DNA of 64,000 bases, from positions 13,516,001-13,580,000 of the forward strand of contig JAGIQG010000010.1 of NCBI GenBank assembly GCA_024679065.1, read 5' to 3'. The stretch comes from Sphyrna mokarran (Eukaryota). This document shows, piece by piece, positions 13,294 to 27,748 of this stretch. The notes below the pieces were generated by a model that was not told the origin of the DNA, ran no database searches, and worked only from the letters and a program-made list of their open reading frames with translations. Position 1 is the first letter of the stretch; the number at the start of each line of letters is the position of its first letter. Position numbers and translations under genes: made by a program.

Positions 13294-14731
13294 CAGGCTG
13301 TCCAACCTCTTTGTGTGGAACGAGGAGGATATGGGATGTGGGATGGGGGGAGCGGGTGTGGGTAGTGGGATGGAGGAACAGAGCAGGGTGGGGGACACAT
13401 TTCAAAATGCTGACCTAGGAAGACAAGTTGCTGAGCAAAAATAAGTCAGAATAATAAAATAATAATTTTTACAAATAAGTAATAAAGACGGCCATTAGAT
13501 TGTGAAACGGTGAGATTGTGCATATCAAGTTCACTCACTCTCAGGGTGTTCACTTGCTCACCCTCATTCATTGTGTAATGGGTCAGAGTGCCTGTTGGTG
13601 TGTGGGATGAGAGTGAATGAGAACGTGAGACTGTGGCTGGATTTTCTGGCTGTGTTTGGCCCAAGGACGGAAAGTCCCAAAATCTGCCTGACGTCAGTGG
13701 ACCTTTGCATGGTCCATGTCTCTCCTGCTATGATTCTCCTTGCAAGTAGGATGGGAAAATTCCGTCCTGAGAGTGCACCAGACACAAACTCTCCCTTCCC
13801 TCTCCCCATCCCTCTCTCTCTTTCTCTCTCTCTCTCTCACTCACACACATGTCCACCCCTCTTAAAAACACATGCACTCCTCACAAAGACACACAGACAC
13901 ACACATACACACTCTCAGACAAACACTCACACACACCAAGGCACACACGCACACACACACGCACTCGTACACACACAATCATCCTCACCATCCCCTAGAA
14001 CACAAGCCACACTCTTCACCCCACGCACACACACTCACTCAACCCCACTCACACATTCAGTCTCCTCACCCAACAAACATACATTTACACTCACCACACA
14101 TGCACACACACTCCTTACCCCATGCACAAATACTTGTCCCTCATCCTCACTCGCTCACTATCTCTCACACCCATCCTCACTCATTCTCATGCCCACTCAC
14201 TCACTCACACACCTATCCTTACTCACTCCTATAAACATACTCACTAACTCTCAAACTCTTCCTCAATCACTCTCACACCCACTCACACTCACTCACTCGC
14301 TCTTACACATCATCACTCACTCAATCCTACACACATACTCTCCTTTTCCCACCTGACTCAGAATAAGTCTCTCTTTCCCCACTAGCCAAGTCTGGAGTGA
14401 ATCTCTGCTTCCCGGCAATCCCTTTGTCTCTCTCTCTCTGTCTCTGTCTCTTGCTCACTCACTGTCTCTCCAATACCTCAGCTTCTGGAGCCGACTCACT
14501 GTCAACAGTGTTGTTTTTCCTCCAATCACAGACTATTTCCTGCCACATTTGCAGCTAATAGGCTCCCTTGTGACAGGAGAGGAACAGCCTGTGACTGGAG
14601 GAGCATTTCCTTTCAGAATCATCCACTGTACTTACCGCCATTTTGAAAACCAGATCCGGGTGCCACACCGGGGGTGGGGGGATGGTTCATAAGCCGGATG
14701 TGGCCTGTGGGCGAGAGGTTGGACAAGCCTG
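13294..14731. mobile_element. Non-autonomous hAT-type DNA transposon with CA/CT-rich interior and a nested MITE
   Basis: TIRs CAGGCTGTCCAACCT / AGGTTGGACAAGCCTG; 8-bp TSD TACTAGGT (13286-13293) / TACTAGAT (14732-14739). Confidence 0.8.
13800..14350. repeat. Degenerate (CT)n/(CA)n/(CACT)n low-complexity tract
   Basis: Directly visible. Confidence 0.9.
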
Positions 14732-15884
14732 TACTAGATAGTGAGGTCAAGTAGCAATCAGGAATGCTGGGTTATTGCTTCACTTAATCCCCTTGCAATT
14801 TCTAGCCAGGTATTGAGATCCTTGGAAGGGTTCCATCCAAATCAAGGATGATCAAAGAGGAAGGGAAAGATGCTGCTCTGTTTTGCCTACTGAAAGCAAC
14901 ATACCTTAGGAAACCACTCTGGTTCCCATGCTTTGGCATCAATAATTAGTTATTTCTCAATTTTAAGTATTTCATCTTTGTATTCAATCCCTGCATATAT
15001 CTGAAACTTCTTTCAATTGCAAGATCTCCACTGAATTCTGGAGTTCCAGTTTCCATTACTTGGTAGCTAGTCTTAAACTGCTTCAACCTTAAACTCTGGA
15101 ATTCCTTTCCAAAACCTCGCTCCCTCTGGCTCCTCCTTAAAACCCACTTCTTTGATCAAACTCTGAATCACCTGTAGCAATGGCTCTAATATTTTTTTAA
15201 AATTCTATTAATTCAAGGCCATGTGACGACTCATGGTAATTTAAAGGGTGGGCTTGCACTTATCCTGGGCTGCCTAGAGAGAACATTGGTTACCTAACTC
15301 TATACCTCCTTATGTTGCTTAGTGCCAACTTTTGTTTGATGTTGTTAAAGACGCTAGATAAATGCAGGTTGCTATTGGAGGATCCCCTTCACAGGGGAAG
15401 CTGTGCCAACTCAACCCTGGTGACTTCATTGCAATCTTCAAATGACTAATGCCAAATATCATGTTGAATGATTTTCTGGAGCCACTACATCCGACCCTTA
15501 TCACTGTTGGATGTGTGGGTGGTTAATTGCATGGCTACTATAGATGTGTTGACAGAAAATGTCATGGGTGAATATCTTGAGTGTGTCCTTGCCTAGGGTT
15601 GTGAGGAGCTGTAATACATTGGCAGCAAGATATGCCAGGACAAATATAAATGGCTAGCAGCATCTCATTGACGGTAGCTAAAGAGGGCAAAACTCTTTTT
15701 TAATCACCTTCCCTGCAGCATCACAATAAAACATACCCACTGGAAATTTTCAATCCCACTTACGGCTGGGATTCTCTAGTCCCACTACTGTGAATGGAGG
15801 TTTGGATGAGTACCAAATTCTCCATTCTTGCTGCTAGCAGTGATGGGACATATATTACAAGATTGGAGAATCACACCTAATAAG

Positions 15885-16172
15885 TTTAAAGTTTATCATT
15901 GTTGCAAATAAGCTTACATTAACATTGCAATGAAGTGACTGCAAAAAAAATCCCCTAGTCGTCACACTCTGGCACCTGTTTGGGTACATTGAAGGAGAAT
16001 TTAGCATCCAAACAGCATGTCCTTCAGACTGTGAGAAGAAACAGGAGCACCCGGAGGGAACATTGACACGGGGAGAATGTGCAAACTCCACTCATAAAGT
16101 GATCCAAGCCAAGAATCGAACCTGGGTTCCTGGCACTGTGAGCAGCAGTGCTAACCACTGTGCCACCATGCT
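15885..16172 (-). mobile_element. HE1-head SINE, alternative tail
   Basis: Same head; tail CTTACATTAACATTGCAATGAAG. Confidence 0.85.
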
Positions 16173-16554
16173 GCTTATATGCTGGAATTTGCCTAAAACT
16201 TGGCTCCACCTCCTTGCTGCAACACTGGACTGTGAGTGTTGCATTATGAATTGGCATAGTTGACCAACCTCCTCCATAGTTGGCTACCACCAGCTTGCTT
16301 TCAGGAGACATTAAATGAGGCTTTTGTTTTTGCTTGCCTGCAGACATAGTTTTCTTTCTCCTTCACTCTTTATCACCTGCCTGGTGATGGTTTGCAATGC
16401 TTTAAGTGGCTCTCGATAAACTTCCAGAAATGATATCCTCATCCCACTACCCCATTATTGCTCTGTTGCCTTACATATTGCTTACACACTCTCCTTTCTC
16501 TCACATTCCTGTCAGCCCCAGGCCTATAGGAATTTATGTTTGATGTTGTGGATG

Positions 16555-16872
16555 TAGAATATAGAACATAGAACATAAAACCTTACAGTGCAGAACAGGA
16601 CCTTCAGCCCATCGAGTCTATACCTATCACAATTGCACCCAGGCCTTACCCCCATATCCTTACACATTTACCCTCTAACCTACACATCCCAAGACACTAA
16701 GGGGCAATTTTAGCATACACATCTTTGAACTGTGGAAGGAAACTGGAGCACTCGGAGGAAACCCACACAGACACGAGGAGAATGTGCAAACTCCATACAG
16801 ACAGTGACCTCAGCCTGGAATCAAACCCAGATTCCTGGAGTTCTGAAGCAGAGTGCTAACCACTGTGCCACA
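16555..16872 (-). mobile_element. HE1-like V-SINE
   Basis: (CATAGAA)n tail, core and head. Confidence 0.85.
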
Positions 16873-17327
16873 TGTGTTATGAAAATGGGTTTAGCCTAGG
16901 GAATTGAATGCTACTTGCATTTGGTCTTTCAGATTGGAGTTGCAATAATTCTACACAAAGGTCTGAAGATTGATGTTGACCCTTTGATGGACTTACATAG
17001 AATCATATAGCACAAAAGGGACCATTCTGCCCATCGATTCCATGCTGGCCGTCTGTGAAATTATGGCAACTACTATAAAAAGTCCAAACGCCCTTAAATG
17101 ATTCTAATTTTTTTTTGATTTTTTAATTTCAAAATTTAAGGATACTGAAAAGCAAACTGATGAAAATGACATTGATTAAGTAACTGTCAGTTGAATCTTA
17201 AACAGATTAATATTTTAAGCTGTCATTAAATTTAAACTTTAGTCATTAAACTTCAAGTTCAGCAGCATCTATGCATTAAACAATAAGCGATTTAGGTTGA
17301 AGATCTTCAAAACAATTATTCTGCTAC

Positions 17328-17436
17328 CTGAAAACAGTTCTTGAATCTCTTGCTGACAAAGTAGAGTGCGATCGGGTTGATGCAGGAATTGAGGGAAGCC
17401 GTATTGATGCCAATGTAGTTCATCACCAAGAGAAAA
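17328..17436 (-). CDS. ednrb: ednrb coding exon 6 (TM7 NPxxY-like motif, helix 8), 109 nt
   Basis: [36 protein letters not shown]; acceptor atccag|T, donor CAG|GTAGCA. Confidence 0.96.
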
Positions 17437-18096
17437 CTGGATGACAAAATGGAAACAATAGAAATGGTCGTTTAGAGAATTTAAATATTTTGTTATTCAT
17501 GCAAGTACATGTTAAAAATTACAAGTGCTAATCATTCCTTTTGCTTCATTTTGTCTGCAACAGCAAGCGCAGATCCAACAACATTCAAGAAAGTTGACAC
17601 AATCCAAGACAAAGCAGTCTGATATCCACCAGTTAAAAATTCACTTCCACCACCACTGACGCACAGTGCGCACCATCCACAAGATGCATTGCAGTAACAC
17701 ATTGAGAGTCCTTTGACAGCACTTTCCAAACCCATGTATTGGAATATTATTGCCTCGTCCATCCAAGGCTCATCAGATTCCACCCGAGTCCAATGGAGAA
17801 TGCTGTCCTGCGAGCCTATTCTGGGGCAGGCGAGGCAGCAAAATTCCAGCCATGGTCGCTACCAGCAAGAAGGGCGAGGGCAGCAATCACTCGGGACCAT
17901 CACTGGCTGCAAGTTCCCCTCTTAATCACAGCCTTACTTGAAACCCTGTCACTGTTTTTTCACTACCACGAGGTCAAAATCCTGGAGCTCTCTTCCTAAC
18001 AGCTCTGTGGTTGTACTGACATCAGCTGAAATGAAACATTTCACTATTATATTTTCACAGGCAATTAGGAATGGTCAACAAATTCTGCCCTTACCA

Positions 18097-18872
18097 TTGT
18101 GATGATACTGTGCTATTTTGATATATTTTATGTGCAAGTTGGAGCTGCTTTAAGAGGCAGGGTTTTGGTACAGGAGTTGATTTGTCTGGAAAAACATATG
18201 GCAAATGCTAAGAATGCAGACATGTAACTGATTTTAGCGAGGAATGTGTTATTTTATAGAGTTAATAGATTCTATAAAATAGAGTCCATTTAGCTTCTTC
18301 TAGTATTTCAGACTAGGTATGCAGAGCTATTTGAATTTTTGATTTGGTTGATTGCCAGGGAAGAGTCGTGTAGTTAGTGAGAGGAGCTAAGCATGCAGTA
18401 AAAAAAGTTTCATTTTCATTTTAAACCAAGAGCAATTGCTGCCTGAAGCTGGTGGAAGAAAGAAGTGTCTGTCTATCTATCAGTCTGTCTGTCTGTCTGT
18501 CTGTCTCTCCAGAGGCTTTCTGAAAACTCTAAGACCATTAACCTAAGTCACAAACAAGTATGCATGTATTCTGTTTACTAATGTTAAAGATCGGGTTTAA
18601 GTTTATAAGAGAAATATTGTTTGATTGGAACTAATAGAGATAGCTTAACAGTTAAGAATTGTACCTTACGGTTAAATATTGTTCAATTGTTAAAAATTAA
18701 GCCAGTTTATTTATTATAATAAAACAGATTTGATAAAAGATTCCTTGTCAGTAAAATCACACCTGGAGTGAAACATCCTATCCTCAAATCAATGTCAAAA
18801 TAGAAAATTTGTTGGGGCTTGGTCTGGTTTCACAATATACATTGATTTTTCTGATCTGGTATCCTATCACCA
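18097..18872 (+). mobile_element. Probable solo-LTR-like repeat containing (TCTG)n at ~18465-18510
   Basis: TGTGATGATA...TATCAC termini, internal AATAAA; family not identified. Confidence 0.3.
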
Positions 18873-21588
18873 GCTATACTTACATACCATGAAAAAATAA
18901 TAAAAACATGTTTTGGGTGCTAATTAACCATGTATACATTATGCACATATCTGAATGCCTCAATTTTAATCTAGATGTATGTCTGAAATAAAGAATGAAC
19001 TTAAATTTGTTGAGCATCTCATCATCTTCTTAACACATTCCAAGATGTTTTACAACCAATCAATTACTTTTCATATGCAGTCCTTTCACAATGTCCAAAG
19101 ATGTGCGGGTTAGATTAATTGGCCATGCTAAAAATTGCCCCTTAGTGTCTTGAGATGTGTAGATTAGTGGGTAAATATGTAGGCATATGGGGTAAGGCGT
19201 GGGTAGGGTTGTGGTTGGTGCAGACTCGATGGGTTGAATGTCACCTTTCTGCACTCTAGGATTTCAATGATTCTATGAATGTGAAGGCCAATTTGCCCAC
19301 AGCAAAGACCCGTAAATAGCAAATGGATAGCTATTTAATCTGCTTTAGTGATGTTGCTTGCAATTGGAATCTATTGGAGTATTGGCCAAATCTCTGCTCC
19401 TCTTCAAGGGATCTTTTACACACACCTAAGCAGACTGTGGGATAAATCACCTTTCAGACATTGCAGCATTCTATCAGATCTGTACAAATTTTGATATCTG
19501 TTTAAATTTCTACATATAAATATCAAATGTATGCAATGAATGGAAATAAATGAATCATTCATTCAGATCAATATCCCTCTTTCAATGTATGGAATTCTTT
19601 CAAGAGAGAGGGAATAGTCACTATTCTCATTCAAATTAACAAGATCTGTGATTGTGTGAGTGAAAAAAGAACATACGTTTGCAATTCTACACTTAGCAAG
19701 GGGTTAGGGAAGGATCGCTATTCAATGCTTCACAGGAAGGTTATCTAGCCACTTTAAGCATATCTTGGCTGCCAAGAACCAAAACATCATATTTCAAGAA
19801 GAAATTTGCTATAGCTCTGGAGACTAAGGGATATGGGGGAGGAAAGTGGGATCAGGATATTGAATTTGATGATCAGCCATGATCAAAATGAATGGCGGAA
19901 CAGGCTCGAAGTGATAAGTGGCCTACTCTTGCTTCTATTTTCTATGTTTCTGTGTTTCTATATTAACTGACCTTCTGTGGCACAGGCCATTGCACATGAT
20001 TTAACCTTCAAACAGGTCTACATCTGCTGGCTGGGAGTCGATATGCCTTCTTTCATCTAGTATATTGGCCAACTGGTGGATTTCAGGTCATTGGAACCAC
20101 TTGCCTTTTGCATGGCCCTTGATGTAGGAGACCATTATTGGATTGGATGGAGTTTGCCACCATATATTCTTAATCTTAACCTTCCATAAACTCGGTGTGG
20201 AGCAAAGACTTCATATGTGTATGCATTCATATCAGATATGGGTATGGTACAATTTTGTGGCATTAAGATGTATAGGTGCTTCGATTCTAATGTGCTAGAT
20301 CCTTTAAATCTACAAGTTTTATAGAAGAAAGTTACTATTAGGTAATAGTCACAGTTATTATACAATGATGATTAGAATTAACAAGTTTATGTTTATGTTT
20401 ATAAATGTTTATGTTTATTTATTAGTTAGAAATAAAGCTCACATTAACACTGCAATGACGTTTCTGTAAAATTCCCCTAGTCGCCACACTATTGCTCCTG
20501 TTTGGGTCAATGCACCTGAATAGCATGTCTTTCAGAATGTGGGAGGAAACTGCAGCACCTGGAGGAAACCCAGTTATCCAATACACATCTTGAGATAGAT
20601 TCATGCAATTAAACAGCGGCTGGAATTCTCTGAGTCTAAGCAATCAGTTTTGGCAGGTTATGGGGAGGAGGCATCCCCAGTGGCGTTAATTTTGTTCCCA
20701 AAGGTTTATTCATTCTCCTGCACTTTGCAGTAATAATTATTGAATAACAATCATATGTGAAAATGCTTGCTGATTCCGAGAACTCTTCAAAACCAAGTGA
20801 CAATGAGTCCATTTCTGATGCCAGATTGTTACATTCATCTAGCATTCTGCTCCCTGTCTCTGAGCTTCTGTTCATCCATCTCTCCTACACTTCCTATTAT
20901 ATTGACTTCTGACCTGATGATGTCTCAGTTTCCAATTGTCTTCCTTGTTTGCAGACACTTCCATGTTTCACCCCTCCCCATCTCTCAGTGAGATTTTCAC
21001 ATATCCTCCCCCCACTGCACTGGCGGAAGTGGCCCGCCATTGGGCAGGAATGGGATCTTCTCGAATTGCTATTGTCAATGGGATTTCTCATTGTTTGCAC
21101 CCTCTGCCGTCATGGAACCCACAGCGGGGTGTTGCCATGCAGAATCAGGTAATCCTCTTGGCAGGAACGGGCAGAAAACTTTATCCTCTTAATCTTCTTC
21201 AGCCTGACAACTCTGTATCTTCCATTTCTGACCTCTTGCACATGTCTAATTTTAATTGCATCAGCATTAGTGACTTTGCCTGAATCCGCCTAAGAGCTGG
21301 AATTCCCAACATAAACTTCTCTGCGTCTCAAAAGTTAATTTTTTTTGAGCCCAGTGTAACTCTTGTTCGAAGAATTGGACTCAAAATTTTAACTCTATTT
21401 CTCACTTCACAAATGCTGCCGGACCTGCTGAGATTTTCCAGCACTTCCTATTTATATTATAGCATTCATAGCTTTTCTTGCTCATTGTTTTTGATGCATT
21501 TTAATCTCGCGATTGTAAACGAAATGGAGGGGAAAATACGACAAAAACATTTTTTCTATACTGTATAGATATATAAAATCCCACATTA

Positions 21589-21715
21589 TGGCCGGGATTT
21601 TACAATCTCGTTTGGGCAAGGCTCGTAAAATCCCGCTCGAGGCCAGCGGAGAATTCCGTTCCCCGAGTCTCACTTGCCCCGAATCCTGGACAGGCGTGCT
21701 GGCAAAATTCCGGTC
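21589..21715. mobile_element. Harbinger-type MITE (representative copy)
   Basis: TIR GGCCGGGATTTT / AAAATTCCGGTC, 3-bp TSD TAT; related copies at ~8078-8170, 10260-10360, 13632-13766, 20985-21188, 37878-38004, 40666-40790, 59592-59721, 60742-60824. Confidence 0.7.
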
Positions 21716-21830
21716 TATGAATCCTCATTCTCCACCAGAAAGGAAGCTTTAACAGGGGTCAGTTGTTATTCCACTGAGAATGTTCCAAATACTACCTTCC
21801 TGTGATAATCTGGCATTCATTAAGTCTTAC

Positions 21831-21964
21831 CTCAGTAGTTCACATCTGTCGGGATCATACTCATTGTAGAATATCTTCATTAAAATTCTACTGAGGTGAA
21901 GTGGAAGCCAGCAGAGAGCAAAGATGAGCACTAAGCAGAACACAGTCTTTGCGACCTCACGACG
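21831..21964 (-). CDS. ednrb: ednrb coding exon 5 (TM6, ECL3), 134 nt
   Basis: [44 protein letters not shown](S); acceptor ttgcag|CGT, donor AG|GTAAGA. Confidence 0.97.
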
Positions 21965-22944
21965 CTGCAAGAGAATCATTAGAATGTACTCACACCACTG
22001 AACACTTTTCATGAGGAAGCTTCAACATTAGTAAGCAAAGATGCTGTGAGGACGTACTTTATATTGGTAAACTTTGCAACGAAAGCAGTTCACTAAACCA
22101 TTCCCACTGCATGAATGGAGAGACATACAACATTGTAGCATATCTCTCCCTTGTGTACCTTGACTGATGCATAAAAGGCATTAAGAAAAAAATCAAGTGT
22201 TCACCATGGGTTTCTCCCATAACAATGATTTGACAGATTCACTGCTGTGGCTTATTCATGCAAATGTAATTCCTCACAACCTCAGCAATGAATTTGTAGG
22301 TTGCATGGTGAAAGGGGGCAGCTTAATAAATTTTTCTGAGTCATGGAGTGGGCAAATAGATGGCAAATGCAGTTTAGTGCACAGAAATGCAAAATATTAT
22401 AGTTTGGGGGAAAAGAACAGTAGAAGGACAAGATCCAAAGTGTTAAAAGTCTAATCCAACTGGGCAAACAGCGAATTCTTTAAATTTGATTTAATTTTGA
22501 TTTGATTTATTATTGTCACATGTATTAACATTCTGTAGAAAATCTTGTTTCTTGCGCATTGTACAGGCAAAGCATACCATTCATAGAGAAGGAAACGAAA
22601 GGGTGCAGAATGCAGTGTTACAGTTGTAGCTAGTGTCACATAGCTAAAGTCATACATAAATGTGGAATTGCAAGTATAACAGAATCATAAGATGATTATA
22701 ATTCTGAGACACATGGTTAAGGACCCTGAATGTCAAAATCCAAGAAAGTGATGATTTTGTGCAAATCATTCTCACAATTTTGAGTATTCTATATCACTCA
22801 GGATGTCACATGAATGGCAGCTTTGATAATGGTGCAGTAAAATTTCACCTGAATACGACAAGGAATAAGAAGTTGTGGGTGGGAAGAAAGGCAACAGTTT
22901 TCATCAAGGCAGAGAAAGGGAAAATAAAATGAATATTTTCAACA

Positions 22945-23310
22945 GTTTTATTTTATTCATTTGTGGGACATGGGTGTCACTGGCTGGCTAGCATTTATTG
23001 CCCATCCCTAGTTGCCTTAGGCAGATACTACAGAGTCAACTACATTGCCATGGTTCTGGAGTTACATGTAAGCCAGGCCAGGTAAGGACGGCAGATTTCC
23101 ACCTCTAAAGAACGTCAGTGAACCAGATGGGTTTTTCCAACAATTGGCAATGTTCATTGTCATCAGTAGATTCTTGATTCCAGATTTTTTTTTATTGAAT
23201 TCAAATTCCACTGCCCACTGTGATGGGATTCGAACCTAGATCCCCAGAACATTAGCTGAGTTTCTGGATTAATAGTCTAGTGATATTACCACTAAGTCAT
23301 TGCCTCCCAA
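22945..23310 (-). mobile_element. tRNA-derived SINE sharing its 3' tail with the LINE at 3120
   Basis: Head GGGAGGCAATGACTTAGTGG...GGTTCGAATCCC; tail TAGGGATGGGCAATAAATGCTAGCCAGCCAGTGAC; further copies at ~45700-45900 and 30880-31690. Confidence 0.75.
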
Positions 23311-24104
23311 AATGACAAAAGAAGTTCAAGATGGCTAATATACAAAGATTACTGCCTGATATCAGTGAATCAGTCACTAAGGGACATAAACATGAGACTG
23401 GAAGAGCAAAGAGTGAAATTTGAAGAATAATTATCACAAGAGGATTGTTAGAACATGGACTGTTTTACTGTTCTTGAGTCATTCATAATGGGAGCATATG
23501 AACAATTGCAAAGAAAGATTATACAAGGATATGGAGAAAGAACAGCGAAATGGAGTTCCAGTATAATTACACTGGAGAATTCCAGTTGAAGATCTCTGCT
23601 GGAAAGAAAAGACAAACAGTGCTCTTCTCTAAATTCTGAGACTCTGCAAAATCAGGACTATGTAGACTTGTAAATCACTTGTAGTTTAAAACAATTAATT
23701 CAATTTTACTTGATTCAAACAGCATGCACTTTGTTGGACGATGATCAACTTAAGCCATAGCTTGGAGATTCATTTGGCAATTTTTAACTAGTCTTAATTC
23801 AAGTGGAACATTTCTTGGCGAAACGGTTGTACATTTATCAACATTTTGCAGTACAGAGATATCCACTTTCTTAGGCTGAACGGAGGAAATTTATATTATT
23901 TTTAATGAATTATGTGTTTTGATTTGTATTGTGAAGCAATATCCAAGACAATGTAAACATAGCTGTGTTGGTGAGAATCCAATTAGTGTAGTGAGTGGAA
24001 TATAAAAGCTAACTTTTTGAAGTAATGGTAAACAATAGATTATTATTAATATTCAGTATTGCATTGTTGCAACTATTGTAAAATAGGTCAAGGTATAGAT
24101 ACAG

Positions 24105-24660
24105 TGGGGTCGATCTTACTAAACAAATGCAAAGTGTCAGGGTCTGAGTAAGAACTGGCATTTTTCTCCCCATTTGTCAACGAAAACAGGGAGGCTGTAT
24201 CTCATATGGTCATGTTAAAGGGTAGGGCCTAAACCAGCAATAAAGTCGGCTGCACAGAGATCAGGACGCCCAAGAGTATCCCAGTCAGAGGGAAGAATAA
24301 CATCCCCCACCCACGCCACCAAGGAGATCCCAGAGGCTCCCCGCTGCCGTCCCCAATTATCAAAGCCTACATCTCCCTTTTCCCTCCCATCCCCCACAAT
24401 CAGTGCCAACACGTCTACCCTCTATCGCTGGCATTCCCAGCTCCTACATCTGCTCCCCACCCCACCATCACCACCAATAAATGAATTCATCCTTGCTCCC
24501 CAATTCATGTGGCTCCCATTGGAGTCTGCCCTGACAATGTCCCATAGCATGGGTTGGCACTGCCAGGTTGGTAACTCATATTTCCAATGGTATCACGATG
24601 TCGAGGCACCCTCATTGTTCTCAACCTGCTTCTGCAGTGCCAACCTGTGCTCTTGCGATA
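24105..24660. mobile_element. GC-rich non-autonomous DNA transposon fragment (Harbinger-like)
   Basis: GC-rich block with TGGCACTGCCAGG motifs like those at 42640-44160. Confidence 0.4.
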
Positions 24661-25991
24661 ATGTCACAAGGCATTATGTTCAGGATAGAGGGACCAAAGT
24701 GACATCAAAACTCACAACGGAGGGGAAGGGAAAACTAATAAAATTAGTGGGAAATATACATAAACTCCTCAGAGTAATAGAATTTGCGATAATATTTTAT
24801 TTTCTTATTGCATTTTTATTTGCTCAAGTAACCCATCAGTGACAACTGAAATTAATCCTTATTTGATTTAGCATGCTGTTTTAATCATTACATCTTGGCA
24901 AAGGTAATAATCAAGCAATCGACAAAACTTACAACAAAAAGGAAAATATTTTGTGAGTGTGGGATTTGTTGACGTCAATCCCTTGGTTGAGTAGTTGCGA
25001 TAGGAATAGGGATGAGAGTCAACCTGGTTCTTATTATCCAGTTACCACGTCAGAAAGGCAGACAATGGAGAGTTGGGCTTGGCTATATGGATCCCATAGT
25101 TGAATAGTGTGTTTATGTATGGAATAGCCACAGGCAGGAAATGGCCTTTTGGCTGAACTCAATCCCAAGGTGGGATGCAATGTCTCATCTTGTCAGCTTG
25201 GATCTCATTTATCACTCTTGTGGGGGCCTTGAATTGGATTCAATTGGAATTTGACTTTGTCTTTTGGAGCAAGTAAGGAATGGATTTGGGTCTGCCTGTG
25301 CCACTGAGCATTGACTTTGCAACTTGAAGGATGGAGTGAAGAATTAATAAAAAAGAAACCATCAACTTTATAAAAGCTGTTACAGGAAAATAACAGGGAC
25401 TTTCTATTTTGGCTTCCTGCATCCAGAAATTCACGAGGCAGATGAAGTGGACACGCAGTTTATTTTTCCTGGAACAAGGGACTAGCTTGATGCCAGAGGC
25501 TTTAGCTCGTAGGATACGGCTCCACATGGGAAGCCCTAGAGTGGGATTTGAACCAAAGAGTTCCAGCTCAGAGGCAGGCACAAGACTGCACCACAAGACC
25601 TCCCTTAGTGGGGAATGAAATGAAATGTAACAAAATGCCAACAGTTAGTTTTCCTCTTGAAGATTAAGGCCTCGATCTTCGGCCAGAGATCTGCTGGAAT
25701 CGCATTGTTGCTCTCACTCTATCTGTGGGGTGACAGTTTCACTGGTTGTCTGCCGGGATTATAGTGGAAGATTGGTAGCATCTTTATGAAATTTCAGGCC
25801 TGGAGTTACTCTAATAATCGTGCAAACTATATTGAATTGGGGAAAAGTCTTAAATCAACATCAGAACAAAGGGTCACAATGTTTAGCAGGAACAAGGTTT
25901 AACCAATTCATCTTACTTTTTATGTTTAAAAATTTATTTTTCATTACTGAACTGCGAAAAAGTTATTTCAAATAAATATTTGGGTGCTTAC

Positions 25992-26141
25992 TTGTTTCAG
26001 ATGGTCATTCAGAGCGATTTGCATCCCACTTTTCTTCCTTAACATCTCACAAGTCATTAAGGAGTAAAACAGAGCTGTGCACGCAAGAGGCATGCAGAAA
26101 TAAAAAGCAAACAGCCACCAGTCTTTGGCTATCTTGTAGAA
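25992..26141 (-). CDS. ednrb: ednrb coding exon 4 (TM5, ICL3), 150 nt
   Basis: [50 protein letters not shown]; acceptor ttccag|TTC, donor CAA|GTAAGC. Confidence 0.97.
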
Positions 26142-26549
26142 CTGGAAGTGGGAATATAAAAATACAAATTAGTCGGATGGCAGGCAATGATGTTGAAAGT
26201 ATCAGTCTTCCGCTCTATCAACATAAATATTTTGCACACTGCACATACAAAATATCTTTGATTATATAATGTAGAGTCACCATAGTGCCAGATGACCACA
26301 GGCTGTGACTGGTGGTAATTTAACTTGACGATCGAGATTGAGAAGGCAGAGCTTTCATGAAAAACTTCAGTCTGTATGGAAATTAAACCCACATTGTTGC
26401 TGTCATTTTGCAACTCAAACCAGTTGTTCAGCCAACTGAGCTAAGCTGACTCAATGTTCCAGAATTCTAGAGTTACCACCAGTTATGGATGCCAACTATG
26501 GTTAGGTACATTTTTGGAGATTTCATCCCTTCTTCAACCATCCCGCATA

Positions 26550-27350
26550 ATGTAGCAGCCTTTTTATAACTAATAACTGGATAATTCTATCTAGTTCTGG
26601 GTACCACACTTCAGGTAAGATGCAGAACAGATTAATGAGGATGATTCCAGAGGTGAGTGGCTTTAATTATATGGATGGATTAGAGAAGCTGGGGCTTAGA
26701 GCAAAGATAATTGAGAGGAGGTTTGATAGTGGTGTTTCAAATAAGGAGGAATCTGAACAATGTAAATACAGAGTTCTGTTGCAGTTGATGGAAGTGTTAA
26801 GAACCAGAGGATAAGTTGAGGTTCAAGTTTATTTATGAGTGTCATAAGTAGGCTTACATTAACATTGCAATGAAGTTACAATGAAACTCCTCTAGTTGCA
26901 CTTCTGGCACCTGTTCAGGTAGACTGAGGGAAAATTTACCATGGCCAATGCACCTAACCAGCATGTCCTTCAGACTGTGGGTGGAGACTGAGGCACCGGA
27001 GGAAGTCCATGCAGACACAGGGAGAAAATGCAAACTAGACACAGACAGTGACCCAGGCCAGCAATCAAATACAGATCCCTGGCACCGTGAGGCAGCAGTG
27101 CTAACCACTGTGCCATTGTATTAGATGAAGGAGCATCGGCAATGTGAGAACATTTTTTACTCAGCGAATGGTTAGGATCTGGAAAACACTGCCTGACGAT
27201 GGTGGAGGCAGATTCAACTGTAGCTTTCAAAAGAGAATTGGAAACTTTCAGAGTTACAGGGTTAAAGGTGGGAAGTGGGACTAGCTGAGTTTCTCTAATC
27301 GAGAATGGATATGTACAGGACAAGCCAAATGTCATACGTCGGTGTTGTAA
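26550..27350 (+). mobile_element. Old CR1 3' fragment interrupted by a SINE (26820-27118)
   Basis: ORF 26620-26814 RLMRMIPEVSGFNYMDGLEKLGL. Confidence 0.75.
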
Positions 27351-27748
27351 CCACCCACTAGGAAATAAAAAACAGATAAGTATTCCTACTTCCCAGTTTA
27401 TAGAATCTCTACAATGCAGAAGGAGGCCATTTGGTCCATCGAGTCTGGATCAACTTTCCGACAAAGCATCTTACCCAGACACTATCCTTGTAACCCCACA
27501 TATTTACCCCGCTAATTCCCCTAACCTATACATCTTGCGACATTAAGGAACAACTTAGTCTGGCCAATCCACCTAACCTGCACATGCCCCTCACTGTGGG
27601 AGGAAACTGGAGCACTCGGAGGAAACCAGTTGTTAAATCTTTTCGTACTGAGTTGCCTCTCAAGTACTACTCAACGGTCAGGCATCAGGGAACACAGATG
27701 TTTATTCAATCTACTGTGTAAATAGATGATGATATTGATATACTTGTT

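Noticed and set aside
13571-14356. 261-aa His/Thr/Leu-rich ORF
   Set aside because: Translation of CA/CT low-complexity DNA inside a hAT-type element
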